Under the pieces are notes generated by a model. It was given only the letters and a program-made list of their open reading frames with translations, made no database searches and was not told the DNA's origin. Positions 1 through 11,223 of a DNA stretch of 64,000 bases are shown here, piece after piece; within the stretch, counting starts at the first letter, position 1, and each line of letters opens with the position of its first letter. The stretch spans positions 544,001 to 608,000 of the forward strand of contig CAXWPH010000015.1 in assembly GCA_963666055.2 (NCBI GenBank), read 5' to 3'. The DNA is from Acidobacteriota bacterium. Its GTDB lineage: Bacteria; Acidobacteriota; UBA890; WLXD01. Made by a program: the position numbers and the translations under genes.

Positions 1-2
1 AC

Positions 3-1007
3 AGGCCGATCGGCGACCCGTTCGCCGCACCCGTTCTGGATTTCCACCGCTTCGTACTATTGGTGTCCCACCGCTTCAGCGACCGCATTCACTTCTTCGG
101 CGAGCTCGAGCTCGAGCACAGCGTCGTTGAAGGGTTGGAAGAGAAGGGCGAGCTCGAGTTGGAGCAGGCGTACGTCGACTTCCTGGTGACGCCCGAGCTG
201 AATTTTCGCGCCGGAATGATGCTCGCACCCATGGGCATCATCAACGAGCGTCACGAGCCGCCGACGTTCTACGGCGTCGAGCGGCCCTTCGTCGACACGT
301 TCATCATTCCGACCACCTGGTTCGACGTCGGCGCCGGCATCCACGGCACAATCGGCGGCAAGCTCCGCTACCGTGCGTACGTCATGGCGCCCCTCGATTC
401 GGTGGAGTTCACCGGCGAAGAGGGGTTCCGTGGGGCGGCACAGAACGGCAGCAACGCACAGGTCCGTCAGATGGCGGTAACCGGGCGCCTCGAGTACGTG
501 GGCTTCCGTGGTCTTACACTCGGCGCAAGCTTCTGGCGGGGCGACAGCAGCGTCACCCTGATACGCCTCGAAACGCCCACTGCGATGATCGTGGCCGACG
601 CTCGCTATCGGCGCGGGCGCTTCGAAGGGCGCGCCCAGTACGCCCACGGATTCGTCGAGGGAGCCGCCGAATTGAACGCCGCTGTGGCTCGCCTGACGGG
701 GGTCGATCCGAATGTTGGGAGTCAGATCCGTGGGTTCTACCTCGAGGGGGCGTACAGCGTGTTGCCTCGCGACGCTCCGCACGAGCTCGGGCTGTTCGTA
801 CGCTACGAAGACTTCGACACTCAATTTCGTATGGATGAGGGCGACGTGACGCTACCCGGGTTCGACCGCGATGCATGGGTCATCGGCGCCAACTACTGGC
901 TGGATCCCGATGTGGTCTTGAAGGTCGACTACTCTCACGTGCGCTCGCAAAGCGACATCATTGCCGGACCGCGTTCGCTCAACTTGGGAATCGGATGGTG
1001 GTTCTGA
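3..1007 (+). CDS. Outer-membrane beta-barrel porin (OprO/OprP-like), 5'-truncated by window edge
   Basis: Frame open from nt 3 (LDFHRFVLL..FFGELELEH..ELEQAYVDF..GIINERHEPPTFYGVERP); amphipathic strands; C-terminal GWWF aromatic signature. Confidence 0.75.
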   Translation, partial: RPIGDPFAAPVLDFHRFVLLVSHRFSDRIHFFGELELEHSVVEGLEEKGELELEQAYVDFLVTPELNFRAGMMLAPMGIINERHEPPTFYGVERPFVDTFIIPTTWFDVGAGIHGTIGGKLRYRAYVMAPLDSVEFTGEEGFRGAAQNGSNAQVRQMAVTGRLEYVGFRGLTLGASFWRGDSSVTLIRLETPTAMIVADARYRRGRFEGRAQYAHGFVEGAAELNAAVARLTGVDPNVGSQIRGFYLEGAYSVLPRDAPHELGLFVRYEDFDTQFRMDEGDVTLPGFDRDAWVIGANYWLDPDVVLKVDYSHVRSQSDIIAGPRSLNLGIGWWF

Positions 1008-1447
1008 TGAAGAGGCCCGCAGCGACAGGCTGGTGCTTGATTCTTTGTGGCGCCTTGGCGGGCGCCACGCTCCCGCCGGTGCCGATCCAGGACACGGTCG
1101 ATCGACCTGAGGCCGACCGTGTCGTCGAGATCGTCGCCGAGCGGTTCCTGTTCACGCCTTCCGCGATCACCATCGAGGCCAGCACGACAGTGGAGCTCCG
1201 ACTCACCAGCGAGGACACCGATCACGGCTTCCGCATCGTCGGCCCTGACGGCATCGACGTTGATATCGACATCACCATTCCCAAGCGTAATCGCGGCGCG
1301 GCAAGCGTCTTCTTCGCACCCACAGAGCCGGGCAAGTACCGGTTCGAGTGCTCACGCATTTGCGGCGCTGGTCACCTCTATATGAGCGGCGTCATCCGGG
1401 TGACGGCGGCTTCCTCCGCGCCGGCGACGGAAGGAGGCTCCCGGTGA
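1007..1447 (+). CDS. Exported cupredoxin with CuA-type motif (COX2 C-terminal-like domain)
   Basis: ATG overlaps porin TGA (TGATG); signal peptide; HGF...CSRICGAGHLYM = H..CxxxCxxxHxxM. Confidence 0.8.
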   Translation: MKRPAATGWCLILCGALAGATLPPVPIQDTVDRPEADRVVEIVAERFLFTPSAITIEASTTVELRLTSEDTDHGFRIVGPDGIDVDIDITIPKRNRGAASVFFAPTEPGKYRFECSRICGAGHLYMSGVIRVTAASSAPATEGGSR

Positions 1448-2643
1448 AGAAAGCACTCGTTGTGGGGGCGACGGCGATCGTCTTGCTGGCGGCGATCTCC
1501 TGGCCGGCCAGCGGCCAGTCAGCGCCCGTGCCCGTGGGCCAACCCATTGCCGGCATCACGCCGCACGAGTTCGAGCGCTTCCGCCTCGGGCTCGAGGACT
1601 TTCTCGAAGTGGAGAACTCGGAAGAGGGCCTTGGGCCCGCTTACAACGGCACGAGCTGCGGCGTATGTCACAGTATTCCGGCGGTCGGTGGCAGCGGACT
1701 CACCACCGAGCTGCGCGCCGGCGTGCGCGACTCAGCCGGCGACTTCCGGCCACCCCTGCTCCCGGACGGCACTCCGGGTGACACGCTCTTCCAGGTCTTT
1801 TCGATACCGGACCACGCCTGCCAGCCGGTTTTCCCGGCAGAGGTCAACGTCGTGGCTCGGCGCATTCCGATTCCCCTGTTCGGAGCCGGCCTGGTGGAAG
1901 CGATCCCCGACTCCGAGATCGCCGCGCGGGCCGATCCGGACGATCTCGACTCCGACGGCGTCAGCGGACGAGCGGCGCTGGTGCCCGACCTTGTGACCGA
2001 TGAGGTACGGGTCGGGAGGTTCGGGTGGAAGGCGCAGATCGCCACCCTACGGGACTTCGCCGGCGATGCGTACCGCAACGAGATGGGCATCACCAACGAG
2101 ATCTTCCCCCTGGAGCTTGCCTTCGGCATTGCGCCTGAGAAGATGGCTCTCTGCGATCCGATACCCGATCCCGAGGACTTCCCCGATCCGGTCACCGGTT
2201 TGAGCGGCGTCGACAACTTCACCGCGTTCATGCGGTTCCTCGCGCCGCCATCACGCGCAGCGACCACTCGGGCACAGCGGGGGGGCGAGGACGTATTCCG
2301 CTCGATCGGTTGCTCCGGTTGCCACGTGCCGATGCTGATGACCGGCCCGTCGAACAATCCGCTGTTCGACCGGCAGCCAGTACCGCTGTTCTCGGATCTC
2401 CTGCTGCACGATATCGGAACCGGCGACGGCATCGGCCAAGGCGACGCGGGACCGAACGAGATTCGCACCCCGGCGCTTTGGGGGTTGCGCTTCCGCCGCA
2501 TCCTGCTGCACGACGGCTCCGCCGGCTCGATCGGGGCGGCGATTCATCGGCATACGGTAGAAGCTGCCGCCGCCCGCAAGGCATATCGGCGACTGGACAA
2601 AGGTCGTCGACAGGCGTTGCTGGAGTTCCTGCGCTCGTTATAG
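1444..2643 (+). CDS. Di-heme oxidoreductase, DUF1111 family
   Basis: GTG overlaps upstream stop (GTGA); signal peptide; two CxxCH (CGVCH, CSGCH); GLGPxYN, GRFGWKA, SDLLLHD, RTPALWG, LHDG motifs. Confidence 0.85.
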   Translation: MKKALVVGATAIVLLAAISWPASGQSAPVPVGQPIAGITPHEFERFRLGLEDFLEVENSEEGLGPAYNGTSCGVCHSIPAVGGSGLTTELRAGVRDSAGDFRPPLLPDGTPGDTLFQVFSIPDHACQPVFPAEVNVVARRIPIPLFGAGLVEAIPDSEIAARADPDDLDSDGVSGRAALVPDLVTDEVRVGRFGWKAQIATLRDFAGDAYRNEMGITNEIFPLELAFGIAPEKMALCDPIPDPEDFPDPVTGLSGVDNFTAFMRFLAPPSRAATTRAQRGGEDVFRSIGCSGCHVPMLMTGPSNNPLFDRQPVPLFSDLLLHDIGTGDGIGQGDAGPNEIRTPALWGLRFRRILLHDGSAGSIGAAIHRHTVEAAAARKAYRRLDKGRRQALLEFLRSL

Positions 2644-2852
2644 TCGCCATCTCCGCGACGAGTCGACGCTTGTGCGCCGGTGTTAACCTGGCTCCGAGAG
2701 GTCTCGGGACACCTGCCCTTACGAGAAGTGTCGTCGTGGAGCGGGCTCCGGAGGGGATCTGACGCTTGCGTTGCTGTCGTCCAAGCGACCTTCCTGCCGT
2801 AGAGTCAGTATCGTTGCTGTCGAGTAATCCCCACAAGAGGTCAAGACCAGCC

Positions 2853-3863
2853 ATGAGTCCCGTTTCGAAAAGTATCGTCACGCTCGGCATAACCATCCTG
2901 GCGGCGTCTGCTGCTGGAGCTGCGGTAGCCGGCCCGCTGGCACAGCAGGACGTCCAGCAGTTGCAGCAAGAACTGAAGCGCGCCCAGGAGCTCATCAACG
3001 CGGGTGAGCCGAAAGACGCGCTCGATGTGCTCGAAGACTTGCTCGAGGTGAACGACCGGTTGTGGGTGGCGTACTACTGGAAGGGCATGGCACACGGTCA
3101 AATGGGTGACGAGGATGATGCCCTGGTGGCGTTTCTGGCCGCCGACGAGCGCCAGCCCGGGGTGCCCGAGGTCTACCTCATGGCGGGGATCGCCGCCTTC
3201 GGCGTGGGCGACTACGAGACCTGCTGGGAGATGACGATCCTGGCGCACCAGGCCGGCCAGGACATGAGCAAGGAGATCGTGCAGCTCAAGGAAGTAATCG
3301 ACCCGCCGGACGATCTCGAGGAGCGGCTGAACGCACCGCGGGTCATGGTCGGTCCGATGGACACGAGCGTCACCGAACACAACAGTGCGATGGAGGCGGT
3401 TCTCATGCAGATTCAAGGAGAGCTGATCGTCGTGCAACAGCAAGTCGAGAAAGCGCTGCGGGACTCGCCCAACTTCGGCCTCGTACGGTTGAGGGAGCTC
3501 GCCGACTATGTCGTGGTGGTGAACGTCGAAGATTACGGCGGTGCGGCCAGCATCTCGCTGGACGGCCGTCCGGGTGATGTCCAGGGCGGGGCGGCGGCAT
3601 TCGTGGGGGGGGTAACCACGGACCTGAACCTCGGGGGGGCGTCGATCGTGGCTACGGACGGTCGGGATGACGCTCAGGGGCGGCCACGGGGAAGAAACGA
3701 GCTCACGGGCGTGATCGACCTGGTCGACCGGAGGTCAAACAACGTGGCCTTTTCCTTGCCCTTTACGTTGCCCAATCTCACCTCGATCGGTGACCTGTCT
3801 CGAGACGTGCGTCGTCGCGTCGAGTTGCTCGAGAGCTGGGCTCGCAAGAACCACAAGCGCTAG
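2853..3863 (+). CDS. Exported TPR-repeat protein
   Basis: Signal peptide followed by TPR-like helices (AYYWKGMAHGQMG, VYLMAGIAAF). Confidence 0.7.
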   Translation: MSPVSKSIVTLGITILAASAAGAAVAGPLAQQDVQQLQQELKRAQELINAGEPKDALDVLEDLLEVNDRLWVAYYWKGMAHGQMGDEDDALVAFLAADERQPGVPEVYLMAGIAAFGVGDYETCWEMTILAHQAGQDMSKEIVQLKEVIDPPDDLEERLNAPRVMVGPMDTSVTEHNSAMEAVLMQIQGELIVVQQQVEKALRDSPNFGLVRLRELADYVVVVNVEDYGGAASISLDGRPGDVQGGAAAFVGGVTTDLNLGGASIVATDGRDDAQGRPRGRNELTGVIDLVDRRSNNVAFSLPFTLPNLTSIGDLSRDVRRRVELLESWARKNHKR

Positions 3864-3973
3864 CAGGACCCGATAGTCCAACCGCCCTGCAGAGCTTCAA
3901 AAGAGGCTGCGACCTTCGCCGACGGACCCGTAGCCTCGTCCACCGGAGCTGCACCGGGCAGCGCTCGCTCCGC

Positions 3974-4453
3974 CTACCCGCCTCCCTGCCCTTGGTAGTG
4001 TTGGATCAGGGTAATGGTGTCCTTCGCCACAAGACGGCCTATCGCACCGCTGGATTGCACGAGCATGACGATGGTTCCATCTGGCCGCAGGATAAACCCT
4101 GAGGGGTGGAGATACCGCGGTTCCTCGTTTATGTAGCCACCAATGGTTGTCATCGTCTCTGGCGCGTCGAGCCCATAAACAACGGGGTAGGTGAGCTGGT
4201 GTCGATCCACCATTGCTTGGGCGTCCTCTTCCGAGTCAACGGAGAGCGCCACGATCTCGGTTCTGATCTCTTTGAACCGTTCGATACTCTTCTGAAAATC
4301 AGCCAACTGCTGATTGCAGAATCCTCACCACTCTCCGCGGTAAAAGAGCACTACGCTCCAGCTCCCAGCGAGGTCGGCGGGGATTGTCATCGGCCCACCC
4401 TTGACTCTTCGGCCGCCGACCGATGCGAGCAACTGATTGTTCTCGGGGCGCAT
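3974..4453 (-). CDS. Peroxiredoxin-like (AhpC/TSA) selenoprotein, in-frame UGA at 4325-4327
   Basis: GGAGG RBS and ATG at 4453; one frame reads VVLFYRGEW-TGA-GFCNQQLADFQ..VALSVDS..PSGFILRPDG; TGA at first Cys position of the FYRGxWCxxC motif. Confidence 0.85.
4290..4321 (-). other. Putative bacterial SECIS hairpin
   Basis: mRNA UUCUG-C-AAUCAGC-[AGUUG]-GCUGAUU-UU-CAGAA begins 3 nt after the UGA; loop starts after 16 nt, with G at loop position 2. Confidence 0.7.
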
Positions 4454-4544
4454 GTTTCTCCTCCATCCTGGAAGCGTAGGGCGCTAGTCGGGTTTCGAGG
4501 GAGCGTACGGACTAGATAGTGGTCACGTCAACACTTGGTTATCA

Positions 4545-4580
4545 GGACTTGATGTAACTGGACTTGATGAGATTCGTCAA
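4545..4580. promoter_or_regulatory. Candidate MarR operator in divergent promoter
   Basis: Direct repeat GGACTTGATG (4545-4554, 4560-4569); imperfect palindrome TTGATGA-gat-TCGTCAA (4564-4580). Confidence 0.45.
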
Positions 4581-4636
4581 TTACCGTAGCCGTAGATGAC
4601 CAGTGAGCGGCGGGTTGGCGAACAGAAAGGGGGCGC

Positions 4637-5086
4637 ATGATGTCGGGCGAGACGCAATTGAACGAAACAGAGAGCATTGCCTGCTGGATCAACAGGGTGG
4701 CTCGCGAACTCTCGAGTGCGAATGCCCGAGCGGTGGCGTCACACGACCTGACTTCGATGGAGGCCAACCTGTTGATTCGGATGGACCTCGGCATGAAATC
4801 GCCCTCCGAGATTGCTACCTGTCTGGGAGTTGACGCCTCCAACTTGTCGCGCCTTATTCGCTCTCTGGAAGCAGCCGGCCTCGCGACACGCGAAGTGGAC
4901 GACAAGAACCGCTCCCGAGCGATTCTCCAACTCACCAGGAAAGGAAAGAAGAAGGCGGCCGCGGTCCACCCTGACAAGCGTCGAATGGAGGAGAGCATCG
5001 CATCCCGACTGACTGAGGCAGAGATCAGAAACCTGCTGCGGATCTTGCGGAAGCTCTGCGAGGGCGCCGTCACGTTGAGGAGGTGA
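4637..5086 (+). CDS. MarR family transcriptional regulator
   Basis: wHTH: SPSEIATCLGVDASNLSRLIRSLEAAGL..DDKNRSRAILQLTRKG. Confidence 0.9.
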   Translation: MMSGETQLNETESIACWINRVARELSSANARAVASHDLTSMEANLLIRMDLGMKSPSEIATCLGVDASNLSRLIRSLEAAGLATREVDDKNRSRAILQLTRKGKKKAAAVHPDKRRMEESIASRLTEAEIRNLLRILRKLCEGAVTLRR

Positions 5087-5265
5087 CGCCCGGCTCCGGG
5101 CGAGCTGCGGTCTGGAGCCCGCCGATCGGATGGTGCCGGACCGGTCGCCAGAGGTTTCCCCGACCAGCGGAATACCGTCTACGCAGGCCGACGCACATCG
5201 GGCCCGAGGCGAAACAAGTACCCCGGGCCCGGAGTGATCTTGTGGTCAGATAAACGGGCGCGAGA

Positions 5266-6927
<1,662 letters not shown>

Positions 6928-6939
6928 TCAGTGCCTGCG

Positions 6940-7245
6940 TTAGCCGACTATGCCGAGAATCTCGTCCTCACGGACGATCAGGTGGTCGACCCCATCGAGC
7001 TTGATCTCCGTCCCCCCATACTTGCCAACCAGCACCGTGTCGCCGGCCGAAACCGACATCTCGGCATTCGAGCCATCGTCCAGCCGCTTGCCCGGACCAA
7101 CCGCCACCACCTCCGCCTCCAGCGGCTTCTCCTTGGCCGTGTCGGGGATGATGATGCCGCCGCTAACCTCTTCGGCGGCGTCTAAACGACGCAGCAAAAC
7201 CCGGTCGTACAGAGGGCGCACGCCGACACTCTTCTTCTTCGCCAT
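6940..7245 (-). CDS. groES: Co-chaperonin GroES
   Basis: [29 protein letters not shown]. Confidence 0.99.
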   Translation of the reverse strand: MAKKKSVGVRPLYDRVLLRRLDAAEEVSGGIIIPDTAKEKPLEAEVVAVGPGKRLDDGSNAEMSVSAGDTVLVGKYGGTEIKLDGVDHLIVREDEILGIVG

Positions 7246-7350
7246 TGACTATGAGCTCCTTGTGAAGTGGGTGTTCGCAGACGCTGCTGCTTGTCCATTC
7301 GTCTGCTGGCTGCGCGTCCGCGCGGAATTAGCGCTTTGACCTGGACTCCG

Positions 7351-7377
7351 CTAGCACTCTACTAAGGTGAGTGCCAA
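7351..7377. promoter_or_regulatory. CIRCE element (HrcA operator)
   Basis: CTAGCACTC-N9-GAGTGCCAA versus consensus TTAGCACTC-N9-GAGTGCTAA, upstream of groES. Confidence 0.92.
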
Positions 7378-7640
7378 TCCTACACATGATGCCCACTGGC
7401 GGCAAGCTATGCTGGGTGAGACGGGAAGCCTCACGCGCTGCGACAATGAGGTGCTCTAGCAGGCCGAGCGGCGGCGTTGGGCGGTCAGCGGGTAGCAGAC
7501 CGGATCGCTACCTCTTGCGGGCAATCGGGCGAGAGAGAGCCCGGCCAACCCCCGCGACAATCATCTGGGATAAGCTTTTTCTTCATGACTACGCTTGCTT
7601 TCTACACTACGTCCGCGGACTCGACATTAGGGTGGAGCTA

Positions 7641-8153
7641 ATGACTGTGTTTTGGGATCGTATTATTCGCGCTGCCAAGCTAGACGTTCAGTTATATGAA
7701 GAGGTTGAGGCTGACACGGGCGCAATGGCTCAGGCCATGGGGGTTGTTGTTCTGTCCAGTTTGGCAGCTGGAGTGGGAGGCGCAGGAGGAGGGCTCGGCG
7801 GGATTTTATTCGGGACGATCGCGGCTCTCGTCGGGTGGTATATCTGGGCCTATCTCACCTACTTTATTGGCACGAAATTCCTTCCAGAGCCACAGACCAA
7901 AGCAGATCTGGGCGAACTATTGCGTACTATCGGGTTCTCGAGCTCCCCCGGCCTGCTTCGAGTCTTAGGTATCATTCCAGGGCTGGCCGGGCTGGTTTTT
8001 CTAGTTACCTCGATTTGGATGCTAGTGTCGATGGTAATCGCCGTCAGGCAAGCGCTGGATTATGAGAGCACATGGCGAGCTGTAGGGGTTTGCGTGATCG
8101 GCTATATCGTTCAATTGTCGATCCTTTTATTGTTGCTCCCTGTTCTGCTCTGA
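7641..8153 (+). CDS. YIP1-family membrane protein
   Basis: DRIIRAAKLD..YEEVEAD..QAMGVVV..LLRTIGF..IAVRQALDY; several TM helices; lower GC than neighbours. Confidence 0.75.
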   Translation: MTVFWDRIIRAAKLDVQLYEEVEADTGAMAQAMGVVVLSSLAAGVGGAGGGLGGILFGTIAALVGWYIWAYLTYFIGTKFLPEPQTKADLGELLRTIGFSSSPGLLRVLGIIPGLAGLVFLVTSIWMLVSMVIAVRQALDYESTWRAVGVCVIGYIVQLSILLLLLPVLL

Positions 8154-8260
8154 GGTCACAGCTCCTACCCCGATCGGGGCATAGTGCTGGAGTTCAACCA
8201 CTCGATCAGCGTTAACTCAGCAGTACCCCCAACCGTGCAGCGAGCCCGTCGAGGACCACC

Positions 8261-8689
8261 ATGAACTTCAAGCGCAACGAAGACGGCTTCTCGCTGATCG
8301 AGTTGCTCATCGTTGTGGCGATCATCGGCATCATCGCGACGATCGCGGTTCCGCAGCTGCTCGACGCCATCGACCGCGCCCGCCAGCGCCGCACGATGGC
8401 CGACATGCGCAACATCGCCACGGCCAACGGCACCTACCGTGTAGACCAGGGTGCGTATGCTTCGGCGCTGAGCGATCTGCAGCCCACCTACATGCAAGTT
8501 GTGCCGACGAACGATGCTTGGGGTAACGCTCTCCAGTACAGCACCTCCAGCGGCTCGTACAACCTCGAGTCGTACGGCTCCGACGGCGCCAACGGTCCGG
8601 CTGCGCCGACCCCGTGGATCAACGATCCCTACGACGTCGACTTGGAGTTGACCAACGGCCAGTTCACCCAGGCCCCCACCGCTCAGTAG
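8261..8689 (+). CDS. Prepilin-type protein (GspG-like pseudopilin)
   Basis: GFSLIELLIVVAIIGIIATIAVP cleavage/methylation motif; DAWGN..Y..SYGSDG. Confidence 0.88.
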   Translation: MNFKRNEDGFSLIELLIVVAIIGIIATIAVPQLLDAIDRARQRRTMADMRNIATANGTYRVDQGAYASALSDLQPTYMQVVPTNDAWGNALQYSTSSGSYNLESYGSDGANGPAAPTPWINDPYDVDLELTNGQFTQAPTAQ

Positions 8690-8773
8690 TCGACCGGCAG
8701 CCCCCCAGCCGGACTGTCGCAATTCGAGCCGCGTACTCAGCGTAATGTTCGAAATCGGGAGCGTTGGCTTCAG

Positions 8774-8902
8774 TCTGCTGCGGTATATGTGCAAACAACA
8801 GATGTTGAATCAGAAGTGAACGGCTATATCACCTACGACAGGGCCATAATCAAGATGGATGATGAACGCGTGAGGGATCACATCGCAGTTTGTACGAATT
8901 GA
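8774..8902 (+). pseudogene. Relic of a glycoside hydrolase family 2 C-terminus
   Basis: Hand translation SAAVYVQTTDVESEVNGYITYDRAIIKMD resembles the GH2 motif SAAVYTQxTDVExExNGLxTYDR; the rest of the gene is absent. Confidence 0.6.
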
Positions 8903-8910
8903 TTCAATGA

Positions 8911-10281
8911 CTATCGGATCACGTGCCACTCGGTCTCGCGGCCGCCCGGGAACTCCATGCCATCGGGGGTGAAGGTCATGCCCGTTTCCGAGAAGAACAC
9001 GACTCGCTGGCCATCCCACTCAGGCACTTCGTATTGGATGTCCAACTCCAGGGCGAACAGCGTGTTGTAGCGTAGAGGGCGGCCGCCATCGCCTCCGCCG
9101 CGCCCCGAGCTCAGACCAGACCCGGCCGAGTGCACCTCGTCGGAAAAAAACCGGCCGAGAATCCCGTAGCGCATGAAGTAGTAAGCCAGCGAGTGGGCGT
9201 AGAGTTTCGCCTGGATGCCTTCCTCCCGGGCTCTCTCGACCGCCGCGATGCCGATCTCATTGCCGCCGCGGCCCCGGTGCATCTCCTCGCCGATCAAGTC
9301 CTGGAAGCGGACGATGTGCCGCAGAGCTTCCTGGATTCCCTCGGGAGGCTCGTCTTCGCCCTCTCTGAGCACGTAGGCAGACTGCTGCGTGTCGGTGTAC
9401 AGACCCAGGTACATAATGCCCGTGTCACAGAAGATGAGGTCTCCTCGTCGGATGACGAGATTGAGCCCCACCCTGGGTGACGCGTCGTCCACAAAGCGTT
9501 CGTCGAAGACCCTGAAGTACTCGTCGTCGTCGCTGTACTTGGCACGCTCGGCCTTGCTCCTCTGTACTGTGATCGTGGGATGGTCGACGGTTCCCAGCCC
9601 CAAGTCTGCATAGCGCTGCCGGATCCACCAGTTCACGTCATCGGTCGTCGTGACGTCGGGGACGATCACCTTGTTGGAGAAGGCCTCGGCGATGATCTCG
9701 TGGGCCAGCCGGAGAACGTGCTTGAAGACGCTCTGTTCCCTGGGGGTGCGAGTTCCCAGCCAATGATTGGCGAGTGTTGCCGCCGAGACGACGCGGGAAG
9801 CAAGATCCTCGCCGAGCTGCTGCGTCAACTCCGCGAGCTCTGGCTCCGAGGCGGCACGGCGACCCCGGCGGCTGCGACCGCCGCCAATGGCGATTTGAGC
9901 TGGATTTCTGGCTCTGACGATTGCCACGAGATCGTCGCTTTCTGCGCTCAAGCTCTCGATACCCGCCCCTTCGCCTCTGTCGAAGAAGATCATGTAGGAA
10001 GGGGTCTCCAGCACGGCGCCGTCCGCTTCCGATTCCAGCAGCGAGACGTAGAGGGGACCGTCGCCCTCGTTGACGATCCACATGTCGATCCCGTTCTCTC
10101 GCATCACCTGCGGCAGGATCGTTCGCTGCTTCTCCTTGAGCAGGGCGTTCATCAGAATCGCCTGCTGACGCCTCGACAAGACACTCTCGGCGTCATCGAC
10201 CAGGACGATCCCGGCGCCCTGGGCAAACACCGGACCGCTCACGGCCATCACGAGGAGCGCTGCTATGAGTCGCAAGTGCAT
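8911..10281 (-). CDS. Exported M24 family metallopeptidase
   Basis: Signal peptide; CDTG..TDTQQ, YAH, ALE, SETG metal ligands (pita-bread fold). Confidence 0.85.
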   Translation of the reverse strand: MHLRLIAALLVMAVSGPVFAQGAGIVLVDDAESVLSRRQQAILMNALLKEKQRTILPQVMRENGIDMWIVNEGDGPLYVSLLESEADGAVLETPSYMIFFDRGEGAGIESLSAESDDLVAIVRARNPAQIAIGGGRSRRGRRAASEPELAELTQQLGEDLASRVVSAATLANHWLGTRTPREQSVFKHVLRLAHEIIAEAFSNKVIVPDVTTTDDVNWWIRQRYADLGLGTVDHPTITVQRSKAERAKYSDDDEYFRVFDERFVDDASPRVGLNLVIRRGDLIFCDTGIMYLGLYTDTQQSAYVLREGEDEPPEGIQEALRHIVRFQDLIGEEMHRGRGGNEIGIAAVERAREEGIQAKLYAHSLAYYFMRYGILGRFFSDEVHSAGSGLSSGRGGGDGGRPLRYNTLFALELDIQYEVPEWDGQRVVFFSETGMTFTPDGMEFPGGRETEWHVIR

Positions 10282-10287
10282 GATCCG

Positions 10288-11223
10288 CTAAGGCTGGCCG
10301 GCGGCGCCCTTGCCCTGGTTAATGACGCTCATCGCAGTGGCTATTATCGAAGCCGCATCGGCGACGCTCGCCGGCAGAATCATGGTGTTGTTGGTCTTGG
10401 CCAGCTCTCCGAACTTCTCGATGTAATCCTGCGCGACCTTCAGCTGTACCGCCTCCGGACCGCCGGGGGCACCAATCGCCTCGGCGACACGAGTGATCCC
10501 GTCGGCAGTCGCGGCGGCAACAGCGAGGATCGCCTGGGCTTCGCCCTCTGCCTCGTTGATCTGCTTTTGTTTGGCGGCTTCCGAAGCCTTGATGACCTGC
10601 TGCTTGGCGCCTTCCGCCTCGTTGACTGCCGCATCACGCTCGCCTTCCGAGGTCAGGATCACGGCGCGCTTTTCCCGCTCGGCGCGCATTTGCTTTTCCA
10701 TTGCGGCGAGAACGTCCTGCGGCGGAGTGATGTTCTTGATCTCGTAGCGCAGCACCTTGATGCCCCAGGGCTCGGAGGCCTTGTCCACTTCCTCGACAAC
10801 CCGGATGTTTATCGTGGTGCGCTCTTCGAAGGTCCGGTCCAGATCGATCTTGCCGATTTCGCTGCGCAAGGTGGTCTGGGCGAGCTGGCTGATCGCGAAC
10901 ATGTAGTTGGCCACACCGTAGGAGGCGCGTTTCGGATCCATGACCTTGAGGTAGAGCACTCCGTCAACGCCAACTTGCACGTTGTCGCGCGTGATGCAGA
11001 TCTGTTCCGGAATGTCGACGGCCGTCTCCTTGAGACCGTGCTGGTAGCGAATCACATCGAGGAACGGCAGGAGGATATGGAATCCCGGTTCGAGCGTCTT
11101 GTGGAACTTGCCCAGCCGCTCGACGATGAAGGCGTTCTGTTGTGGAACGACCTTCGCCGTCTTGGTAATAACGATGACAACGAAAGCTGCAAAAACGGTG
11201 AAAACGAAGACTGTCATGCTCAT
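10288..11223 (-). CDS. SPFH/stomatin-like protein (paraslipin)
   Basis: VERLGKF..ITRDNV..LAQTTLRSEIG..MEKQMRAEREKRA. Confidence 0.95.
   Translation of the reverse strand: MSMTVFVFTVFAAFVVIVITKTAKVVPQQNAFIVERLGKFHKTLEPGFHILLPFLDVIRYQHGLKETAVDIPEQICITRDNVQVGVDGVLYLKVMDPKRASYGVANYMFAISQLAQTTLRSEIGKIDLDRTFEERTTINIRVVEEVDKASEPWGIKVLRYEIKNITPPQDVLAAMEKQMRAEREKRAVILTSEGERDAAVNEAEGAKQQVIKASEAAKQKQINEAEGEAQAILAVAAATADGITRVAEAIGAPGGPEAVQLKVAQDYIEKFGELAKTNNTMILPASVADAASIIATAMSVINQGKGAAGQP

Noticed and set aside
7328-7354. Possible second CIRCE (TTAGCGCTT-N9-CTCCGCTAG)
   Set aside because: Right arm too degenerate
7456-7466. CTAGCAGGCCG match to the MITE TIR (similar 9-mer at 61596-61604)
   Set aside because: Too short, with no partner end or element body; cannot be distinguished from chance
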